A DNA stretch of 64,000 bases from Octopus vulgaris (Eukaryota), in the NCBI GenBank assembly GCA_951406725.2, contig OX597816.1, positions 27,156,001-27,220,000 of the forward strand. Direction: 5' to 3'. Below are positions 38,101 to 50,100 of this stretch, piece by piece; within the stretch, counting starts at the first letter, position 1, and each line of letters starts with the position of its first letter. The notes under the pieces were generated by a model. It was not told the DNA's origin. It worked only from the letters and a program-made list of their open reading frames with translations, and did not search any database. The position numbers and the translations under genes are program-made.

Positions 38101-41073
38101 TTGCATTCTTTTATTCTTTAGATGTTCTATATCAGTTACTGCCGAGAGTTCAAGAGAGTTCTGTCAAATGTAAGGGCTAAGTGTTATATTGGTCGACAGC
38201 AGGAAGATTTTGAAGATTGGTCTTTATTTCAACAATCCTTACGGATGATTCAAATCTGTGGTCTGTATGCAGTATACTCCTTTCATTGTTTCTCATTTCT
38301 CTTATGTATTTGTGTATTCATGTGTTTGATTTACAGTAAGTGATTTTGTGTCGAGTCTCTTAACCTGTTGGAAACTTAAGTCAACAAAAAAATTCTCTGG
38401 GTAGTTGTGGTTCTCCTAGAAAATGCAGCTATGTACTTCTCAAATCACAATGTACTGTCTAAAAAGAAAAGGACACATTGAACAATGTAAACTTAGATAT
38501 ACTATGTCTCATGTAAAATGAAATGCTCACTGCTGAAATGGCTTTGATTATAGGTTCCCCGGAATAGGGCTGTCCTAAGACAGTCCTAGTCTTGTGGTCC
38601 TGTAGTCAAACATTGAAACATAGGAATCCCTCTGACGTCTCTGTCTTCATGTGAATTTTGAGAATATTTAGCAGCTAGAGCTCTTCACAACTCTAGCAAG
38701 GATTGAACTTTACATGGGGAAATAAAACTCTTATCAATTTGACAGTATTACCAATGTTTTCAGCAACAACTTGTTTTTCGTTTGTTGCTACTTCTTTGCA
38801 GCTTTATGGACCGTATCGAGTGATACAGTCCATATAGCTGCAAATAAGTAGCAACAAACTAAAAACAATGAAGATATTTGCAGACATGGTAGTGCTGATG
38901 ACAAGACCTTCAACAACAGTTTCCATATCCTGTAGTCCATAATATTAGTGATATTGTGGATTTTTCATTGTTAATCTATTTCAATCTAATCCAATAGCAA
39001 GGTCAACAACTTCCTTAACCCTTTCGTTACCAACCCGGCTGAAACCGGCTCCGGCTCTGTACTATAAATGTCTTGTTTTCATAAGTTTTGAATTAAAATC
39101 TTCCACCAAACCTTAGTCACAATTTACGTTCCTAACACTAGCTTAATGATAACTAAGTTATTTTGCTAAATATTTTGTTATATTTAAAGTAATTGAAAGA
39201 AGCACAGAGAATCTTAAAATAAATACAGTAACGAAAGGGTTAAAGCCTTATTAAACTGCAAAATCTATTTAGTAACAAACTTTCTCCAACATAATGGTGA
39301 CAGATCAGATAGTATAACGTATCAAATTCTCATTTAGTTATCCACACGGCAACCCATAGATCAAGTTGTCATCAGCATCATTGCTATTCTCCTCCTTTAT
39401 GTATTATATCTTGTAGAGCCAGCTCCAGCCTTATAGTCTGAGGCATTATCATCATCATCATCATTGTTCGATCGTGGTCGAGACAATGGAATTTACTATG
39501 CTACGCCAGACTTCACGGTCCATCATAGCATTACAGAGGTCCTGTTGCTGGATGCCTGTATCCCTGGAGATTACATCAGGGTAGGAGAGTGTGTGCCCTC
39601 TGGTATTGCGAGTAGATGGCTTCCAGAGGAGAAGAGTAGAAATTACTTCTTTTTCAGCTCTACAACAATGTCCAGCAAACTGGACTCTCCTACCCTTCAC
39701 AATCCCAGAATAGCCCTCGAACATTTCCTCCCTAATTGTGAAAATGTTATTACTTTTTTTTTGTTACTCCTATTTACACAAATAGACACATACACTCAGT
39801 GTTTTGTCTTGTGCCATCCTTAAGGTTTTTCTTTGTGTAAACCATTTCTAGCCAATAGAGAAATCATCATTATTATTTTTTAGACTATTGTAGCCTCTAA
39901 TTTTATGTCTTTTAATTGACTTGTACCACATTCCTTTCGTCTATATCTATATTTATGTGAATATAGTCTGTAAGAGCTAGGGAGTGGATTCAGCCTGTAC
40001 ATTAGACCAAGGTCCTGAATGCCAAGGAGGACCTCCCCTACTCACTAAAAAAATCACAGTCCCCTTGGATTTTGAGCAACATTTCCCTCTACTCAGGACC
40101 CAAATGCATTCTTATTCAGCTTTACCAAATTTGTTTGGAAGGCCCTGTGTATATATATATATATATCTGATCGGGCAGTCTACTAAACTCTACAGTTCTG
40201 TCAAAAGTGAAGACTTCTTTTGTTATTCAGTTTACTCTATATCTTTATATATAAAAGTGAGGTTGTGTGCTGTCTGTCTCCTTCGATTTAGATTCCTAAC
40301 TACTCCCACATTTTGTGGTGCAGTTTAACCAAAACCGGGTATCTTATAGTCGTGATTCATATCAAGCCCTTCTGGGTATTAGCGCACGTCTACGATGAGT
40401 CTACGATTTAAAAAAAAATTTACCATAAATTTTTCCCATTTTTAATGCATTTTTGGCATACATAAGGGAAGTAACTCTCTAAAAATTTATTAGTAAAGCT
40501 CAGAACGTAAAAAGCTACAGTAACACCCCCCCACCTTTGTGGTTAGCCATATTGAGATGGCTATTATACTTTACATCTCTAAAAATGCTTATATAGTTAT
40601 TTCCCTTACAAACCCGAGCAACGCCGGGCGATACTGCTAGTTTATTATACTTTGATTGTCTTAATAGATGTTTGTTATTGTTGTTGCATTCAGGCGAGTT
40701 GATCATACAAACTGAAGAACTTGATAAAACCCTCATCAACAATATCATCTCAACCTTAGGCAAGTACTTCTTACCCAGTCAGCATTCACCACTGAAAGAA
40801 ACTACTGATAAAAAGTAAGTCACACCTATATTAAGTAACAATTACTCTTTTACTCTTTACTCTTTTCAGTCATTTGACTGCGGCCATGCTGGAGCACCGC
40901 CTTTAGTCGAGCAAATCGACCCCGGGACTTATTCTTTGTAAGCCCAGTACTTATTCTATCGGTCTCTTTTGCCGAACCGCTAAGTTACGGGGATGTAAAC
41001 ACACCAGCATCGGTTGTCAAGCGATGTTGGGGGGACAAACACAAAACACACACACACATACACACACACACAT

Positions 41074-41123
<50 letters not shown>

Positions 41124-44100
41124 TATAGCCTCAGCCCCACCAAAGCCTTATGAGTGGATTTTGTACACAGAAACTGAAAGAAGACTTTCGTATATATGTG
41201 TATATCTGTATGTCTGTGTTTGTACCCCCACCATCACTTGATAACTGATGTTGCTGTACTTACCTTCCTGTAACTTAGCCTTTTGGCAAAATGCACTGAT
41301 AGAATAATGCTTAGCTGCATTTTGGCCATTACATTCTGAGTTCAAATTCCACCAAGGTTGACTTTGCCTTTCAACCCTTCGGGGTCGTTAAAATAAGTAT
41401 CACTTGAATACTGGGGTCAGTGTAACTGACTTAAGCCCCCCCCCCCCTCCCCCCAAATTGCTGGCCCTGTGCTAGAATTCAAAACCATTATCATTTAGTT
41501 TTTTCATATTTGCTACTTGACAAAAATTTTTCTATATGGCCCAAGTAAGATTACCTTACCACACACTCACACATACATCCACATATATGAACCACTATCA
41601 CCACCATCATCCTCACTGTCACCACACCACCACCACCATCCTCACTGTCACCACACCACCACCACCATCATCCTCACTGTCACCACACCACCACCACCAC
41701 CATCCTCACTGTCACCACACCACCACCACCACCACCACCATCATCCTCACTGTCACCACACCACCACCACCACCACCATCATCCTCACTGTCACCACACC
41801 ACCACCACCACCATCATCCTCACTGTCACCACACCACCACCACCACCACCACCATCATCCTCACTGTCACCACACCACCACCACCATCATCCTCACTGTC
41901 ACCACACCACCACCACCACCACCATCATCCTCACTGTCACCACACCACCACCACCATCATCCTCACTGTCACCACACCACCACCACCACCACCATCATCC
42001 TCATTGTCACCACACCACCACCATGACCAAACTCTACCAGTCTTAGAGACTCAACAACATCTATGGGTGTTGTCCTTGTCTTCTCTAAACTTTAAAATAT
42101 TAAAATTTCTAAAATCTTGACTGTTACTCAAATGTTTCTTAATATTTGACTTAAATCTCATATTTTGTGTACAGGACTGGCAAGAAAGTGTCTCTCTTCC
42201 AGCGCCATGCTTCCCTTTTGCTGGAAGATGAAGCAGATATAGAAATTCTTGAAGAGTTTGTCTTGAAACTTGAGGAAGGTAAATACTTTTTGAAATCATG
42301 TTACTAAAAAGAAATTTTATTTTTTAAGTTGGGTTGCCATCATTATGGTTCAATTCCACTGTACAGCAGTGTCTTCTACTATTGCCCTGGGCCAACTAAA
42401 GCCTTATGAGTGGATTTGATAGATAGAAACTGAAAGAAGCCTGAGCCTCGCCTGGCCTCCGTGCCGGTGGCACATATAAAGCACCATCCGAACGTGGCTG
42501 TTTGCCAGCCTCGTCTGGCACGTAAAACGCACCCACTACACTCATGGAGTGGTTGGCGTTAGGAAAGGCATCCAGCCATAGAAACATTGCCAGATCAGAC
42601 TGGGCCTGGTGCAGCCTTCTGGCTTCCCAGACCCCAGTTGAACCGTCCAACCCATGCTAGCATGGAAAGCGGACACTAAACGATGATGATGATGATATAT
42701 AGATAAATAATTTAAACTGAAGAATATTATTATTATTATTCAATAAATGCAACAGAACATCTGTTTGTATTTTCACATTGTTTAAACACAATTTTATAAT
42801 ATTTTGGCACACTGGTGTACTGCAGTACACCATATGTAAACCATTATCCTATACTATACACCATGTAAAATTATGATTCCTCTTGAAAGCTATATCTTTC
42901 TACTCTCTAAATCTCATATCTATAGAATTTATTCTGAGAAAACTTTGATAGAAACATGTAATTTATCTTCTTCTGCAAATTTGTTATTTGACTTTATGCT
43001 TTCTATCAATTTTACATTCTGAAACCAAATTTGTTGAAACTATGGACAAATATAGAAATTCTAGAAGAGTTTGCCTTTCTTGATGTATGAAGGGCATAAC
43101 ATACACTCTTTCTCTTCAGAAATTGACAAACCCAAAATATGATCTAGAAACTTCCATGGGAAACTTCTTCAGAGTTTTTTTGAAACACAAAATCTCTGTA
43201 TTTAGATGGTTTTGTTACTGTTGGAACAAAATAAATGGTTTTGTCACTTTCGATGATTTTATAACTATTGGCAGAATTGGAAAAAAAACATCTTGTGTTA
43301 TGTAGTTGGATCCCTCTACATTCTGAGTTTAAACCTGGCTGAAACTAACATCTAAGATCAAATAAAAATACCAATTAAGTACTTGGGATGTTTTATCAGG
43401 TTCTACCCATCCCCTTACATTTGTGGCCATCTACCAGAGTGAAATCTTATTTGACTATCAGTTGGTAGAAGTGACAGGATATGATGTGTCTCTTAATTCT
43501 TTATGGAGTCATAGGGGTATCGTTGTTATATAGGTGTTCTGCTTAGAACCCATTCCTCTCCAGATCTGAACATAGGTAACCCCATTTATAACTTATTTTA
43601 ACAACTCCAAAAGGATGAAAGGTAAAAATGGCCTTAGTGGGGTTTGAATTTGCATCACAGAGAGGTAGAACAAATGCCAAAAGGCATTATAATATAATAA
43701 TGAAATTATTGTATACAGTGCTCAGGTGCACCACAACTTGTCAAAAAGTGCGTATAATATATATGCAGTAATGTACAAATGTCTGGGAAGTGAACAGTGT
43801 ATGAGTCAGATACATGCTTGCGTGTGTATGGAGGGGACAAAATCGGTTGTAGTGTTGGTGAATCTCAGAAAGCATGGAAGTTTTGAAGGATGCAGTGCTC
43901 CGACAACTAGCAACTGATGCCGGCAGTTTGTTCCATGCTTCAGCAACTCTCAGTGTGAAAACATGTTTCCTAAAGTCATGGGAGCTGTGCTGTTTTCTGA
44001 CTTTGTAAATATGTCCACGGGTGTTAGACGGGTGGAGTTTGAAAAGGTGCTCAGAGTTATTGTTTGTACGATGGTTGATAATTTTATGGGTGTCTGTCAA

Positions 44101-47100
44101 GTCAGCTGCCAGACGTCGGAGTTTCAATGTGTCCATGCCCAGGGAAGTAAGGCGTTCAGAATATGGCAAATTCTATCTGATGTTATTAAGTATGTTTCCA
44201 TGATGGACAAAATGCCAAAATTAGTTATGTCCCTTCTGAGTTCAATTCCCCTGTGGTCACTATTATAGTTCATCCTTCTGGGGTTAATTTAATCCACTGT
44301 TCCCATCCCATAAATTTATGGCCCTTGTGTCTTAATCAGAAATTATCATCATCATCATCATCATCATCTAACTTTCTCTCTCCTTCAGGTGATACACCAT
44401 CAGTGTTGTCTGATGTTACCAAGGAAATGTTCAAACTCAGTCAGGAAGTGCACAAGTTTGGTTTTGATATTGTTTTTGCTCAGCTCAAGAAACATCTCAT
44501 TGGAATGGCCAACATGGAGGTTAGTAACAGTTTATGACAGCAAACTTATGAGTAAATAACATGTGGGACTAGTATCTCAGATGTTGTCAGTTCAGATCCG
44601 TTGTAGGTGTTTTTTGTTTAGTTTCAAATCAGCTGTGATCAAGCAGTCCCATGATTTAAAAGAATGGTCCTACCATGATGATCCTGTCTTTATTTCAGAT
44701 ATAGTGTACTCTGGATTACAAAGTCCAGTGTGTCTTTTAGACAATAAGATTCAGTTTGAGGGAGGTTTAGCTGCTATTTTTAGCAGGTTGATTAACTGTG
44801 TAGAGATTCCTTCTTTGATTCAACAAATATTTCCAGGTAGAATGCTTTATTCCACATTACTTTGGTTCATGTTGTTGTTGACACTACATCATCTGGGAAT
44901 GTTACTCGTGATAGACTGGTTTATTTCCAGAGACAGGTTTGTTTCTCATTCACTTTACATCATGAAACCAGATCTGATCACAAATCCTTAAAAAAATCCA
45001 TCAACACTTGTGAAACATTTAGAAAAATGTAGATTCTATAAAGTATGTGACTCTAACAGTTGAAGGATCGTGATTTTGATCTTGTTGAGTTTCAATGGAA
45101 AATCAAAATCAAAATCGATGACTGGTGCCCGTGCTAGTAGGGTGCCAAGAGCACCATCCTAGCATCCTGTGAGCTATGAACTCACTTCATTTGTCGGGTC
45201 TTCACAGTCACAGCATATCTCAGGGGTCTCGGTTTTCGTCATTTCCTCTGTGAGGCCCTACGTGCCACCGGCACAGGTATCACAACTACAATATCCATAC
45301 AATTTTAATTTTGATGTTGATGAACTTGACACACTAGGTCATCTCATTGTTTCTTGAAAAACTTCCAAAATTTCCATTAAAAGACCCAAATCCTTTTCTT
45401 TAAATTTTTGTTCCAATTCTATTTCAATTTTCTAATTTGCAGGTGTGGATATCCCTGAGTGCTGGAACAGCCATAACCTCTGACCTTCCTGCATTTAGTC
45501 TTTCACCTCAAGAATACATCACAAAGGTAAGACTATTACTTCTGTTTGTTGATTACTTCAATTCATACAATAGATGGTGTATTTAGTGATAAAATTTAAT
45601 GTAGTGTTGGTGGTTATATGGTCAATGATTTGATTAAACCATCACTATATCATTTACTATAGGTATTTCATAGTATCATCAGTTGATATAATCAGAAATT
45701 AACTTTAACTCTTTACTAACTGATCAGTGTTTGAAAGACCTTTCTATTCCTATTAGTGGAAAGGACATTTTCTCTCTTTTCTATCTTTTACTTGTTTCAG
45801 TCATTTGACTGCGGCCATGCTGGAGCACCGCCTTTAGTCGAGCAGATCGACCCCAAGACTTATTCTTTGTAAGCCCAGTACTTTTTCTATCGGTCTCTTT
45901 TGCCGAACCGCTAAGTGACGGGGGACATAAACACACCAGCATCGGTTGTCAAGCAATGCTAGGGGGACAAACACAGACACACAAACATATACACACACAT
46001 ACATATATATACATATATACGACGGGCTTCTTTCAGTTTCCGTCTACCAAATCCACTCACAAAGCATTGGTCGGCCCGGGGCTATAGCAGAAGACACTTG
46101 CCCAAGATGCCACGCAGTGGGACTGAACCCGGAATTTTAATGAAATTTTCAGATTATTTTGTGTTTCCTAATCTGATATTTTTAATGCTGGTAATTCCAG
46201 TTGTAATTAACTTCTCACTTGTCTCTCAAAGTTTCATATGGAATTACAAATCAATGAATAATAAAATCTATTACAAATCAATAAATCTATTATAAATCAA
46301 TCAACTGAAATTGTGAAAAGTTTCATCTTACATTGAACTTCAAATTCAAATCAAATTTAAGCTTAAACTAAATGAAACATTAATTTCTTTTCTTTTTTGT
46401 GAGTAAATTTGGGTTTAGACATTTCTATCTGATGTTTGATTGTGACATTTTATATCTTTTTTAATTTATGAAATTAAAAACAAAAATTGAGAAAAAATTG
46501 AATAGAACTTTCCATGTTGATTGCAGGTGCATGTGTGTCTATATACATATGTATATGTATTGTATATTGTGAATATGTGTATGTTGTGTGTGTGTGTCTA
46601 TGTATATAATGTATACATATGTGTATCATGTGGCTATAAAATAGATATTGTAGTTTGGTTATGTTAAGCCAGCCAAGAATTGTGCTCCTTACTTGACAAA
46701 ATTATGTTTTAGCTCAAAAACTATTTGTTCATGTCAGTTAAATCAAGCTCCAGTTGGTTTAGAAGGAAGTATTATCTTTGTTGGACTTAAAATATTTGGG
46801 AGTTGGCTGGTAAAAAAACTCTGGAGGTTATGGCCACTACTCTGTCTCCTAACTTGGCTGGAAATGAACACTAAAGATAATGGTCATTGTCCCATCTCAA
46901 TTCATTGTCATCATCATCATTATCATCACTTAACGTCTGTTTTCCATGCTAGTATGGGTTGGACAGTTTGATAAAAGCTGGCAAGACTAGGAGCTGCACC
47001 AGATTCTCTTGTCTGTTTTGGCATGGTTTCTACAGCTAGATGTCCTTCGTAAAGCCAACCTCTTTACAGAGTGTACTGAATGCTGTTTATGTGGCATCAA

Positions 47101-50100
47101 CACCAGTGCTTTTTATGAAGCACCAGCACCAACAGGGTCACCAAATACTTTGCCAGATAAAGACCCCTCAACTGGAACAGGGTGTGGTTTTGCACCACTT
47201 GAGAGATTAACAGAGACAGAGTAGATACATGGTGACCCCAGTTGGAAAAGAAAGGATAGTGGGTTAGAGGTTATTCTGGTTATAATCATCCGCTCTTTTT
47301 TAGGCATAGTGTACAAGGACTACATTATCTGATGTCTTTTTTTTTAATAGTAGCTTAAGATTTGAGATTTAGTTGCTACTAGCACTATGACCCGGCAACG
47401 CTGGATCATAGTGCTAGTGCATGCATATACAGCTGCGTGCGTGCACACATACACGCGAGTACTGTCCAAATCTCTGACCAGTCCCATACAGCTAGCTGGC
47501 ATTCAATTGGCGTATCAAGTTTCGGGCATTTTGATTGGGTTTTGGATAAAAAATTCACAAAAAAGTCACTTCTATTGATTTTTTTAATGGCTTTGCAGGG
47601 TGACTGGGGAAATGTAAAGATGTGCACGACCACCCTTGGACGGTTTTGAATGACAATAGAAAGTGCGAGCCCTCTCACTGAAAAATTGTGGATTTGTATA
47701 AAGGACACACATGCAGGCATTTTGCCGTTTATATTTTGCCCCACTACACTCACGGAGTGGTTGGCATTAGGAAGGGCATCCAGCTGTAGAAACACTGCCA
47801 GATAAGACTGGAGCCTGGTGCAGCCTTCTGGCTTCCCAGATCCCCGGTCGAACCGTCCAACCCATGCTAGCATGGAGAACGGACGTTAAACGATGATGAT
47901 GATGATGATATATAGAGAGATTTATTGCAGGTTGAATAACCTTGTAGAACTGCTCTTGTTGGTTAGTACTCGTGTAGATAATTTCTGTTGATATTTTCAG
48001 TGACCATTTATTATTATGGTTGAGTTACTTTATTAATAGTGTGATCAATACATATATAGAAGCATTTTTACTGATTTCATTACTTCGTTATATTATAAAA
48101 GCCACAAATTTATCTCCAACAGGTTGGTCAGTACTTAATGACCTTACCACAGTTATTGGAACCGTATATAATCCAAGACAATCAAGCAGTCACTGTAGCA
48201 TTGCAGCATGGGCGTTTGCCATACACTGAAGATCAAGGTAATGTAGTTCTGGGTATTTCTCTTTCAGTGTTATCAGGGCCTCGAATTTACAGAGGATGGG
48301 AATAGTAAGTTACCATAAGTTGCTAATATGCCAAAGACTTTAGCTGTGTAATTCAGGTGAGATTTCTTCAAATAGATATTGAAACCTCAACTTGTTGGAA
48401 GAATACTCTTTTACTCCTTTACTTGTTTCAGTCATTTGACTGCGGCCATGCTGGAGCACCGCCTTTATTCAAGCAACTCGACCCCGGGACTTATTCTTTT
48501 GTAAGCCCAGTACTTATTCTATCGGTTATCTTTTGCCGAACCGCTAAGTAATGTGGACAAAAACACACCAGCATCGGTTGTCAAGCAATGCTAGGGGGAC
48601 AAACACACACGCATATAAATACATATATACGACGGACTTCTTTCAGTTTCCGTCTACCAAATCCACTCACAAGGCATTGGTCGGCCCGAGGCAATAGTAG
48701 AAGACACTTGCCCAAGGTGTCACGCAGTGGGACTGAACCTGGAACCGTGTGGTTGGTAAGCAAGCTACTTACCACACAGCCACTCCTGCGCCTATAGTTC
48801 ATTCATTTTTAAGTTTATTCTGAAAGTAGAACTGTATTCATGGGGGGCACTAGTACTCAGCTATTGCAAACTATTAAATCAATCACGTGTGTATAAGTAT
48901 ATATTCTCTGTGTGAAAAGTCTGGCTGCATACACGTTAGCATATGTCAGGTGCATACAATTGACAACACAGTTAATTAAGATTTATTCAGTGAGTTCTAT
49001 TCAACACATGTTTACACGTGGAATCCATTAGATGAAGGCATTTTCAAAGTTTTGGCCGATAAAGTTGAACTGAAAAACCCTACAATGAGGCATGAATTGC
49101 ACGAAGCCGTCTTGCAGTCTTGGGAAGAGCTATCTTTGTTGTCTTTTTTCTTCAATTTCTGCAATTTCAACCAATCATTGACGTCTATTGAGGTAAAAAA
49201 AACATTCTGTGCCGTGTGAATATGTCCCTCGTTTAAGAAACAGATTGGGTTTATTTACATTCGTGAAGAAAAAAAGATACCCTCCCCCCACCCCTAACCC
49301 TAAAACAGATTGAAATGCAATAGATCGATACTAGGGTCATAATTATGGGTCACAATTTCATATGACACCGCTAGAAAAAAAACTGCCGTTCAAACCGAAA
49401 AGATCCCATAAAACAAGTGGAATATTTTGGCCAGATATGCCTGCTTTAAATGCTAAAGGGTTTAAGCAAAGACAGGAAAAGGGAAACTGGACTGAAGAAC
49501 AATGCATAACGTATTCCCTAAAAGTAATATTGATAGGCTCTATTCACCGAGGGTAGCTGGTGTAGAGGTTTGTTACATGTAGAAGACACCATAAGTATTG
49601 CAATTTTGGGTTTAAAACACATTATTATTATTTCAATACTTAATGTGTTATAATCATTCCAAACTATAACAAGTGCTTCTGTCTTGTAGACATTCCTGAA
49701 CACAGTGCTGATTTGTGGCTGCAGTCTATTGCTCGAGGAACAATGTTTTTGTATTCAGAAGAAATCCTGAAGATTTATGAACTCAGTCCGCATGGCACCA
49801 AACAACTTGTCACAGATCTTGGTAAGTAAACAGGTTCTAAATAATTGGTTTTATCTGCAGAGACTAATGAAAGATATGTGTTAGTTTTGATGTATAATGT
49901 TAACCTAGATGAATGGCAGATTACAAATTAGCATCCGAATGTGGCCGTTGCCAGCGTCGCCCCGACTGGCCTCGTGCTTGTGGCATGTAAAAAGCACCAT
50001 CTGATTGTGGCTGTTGCCAGCCTCGCCTGGCCCCCGTGCCAGTGGCACATAAAAAGCACCATCCGATCACGGCCGTTTACCAGCCTCGTCTGGCACGTAA

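Noticed and set aside
41517-42120. His/Pro/Thr-rich ORFs
   Set aside because: Translation of an intronic (CAC)n compound repeat, open in several frames
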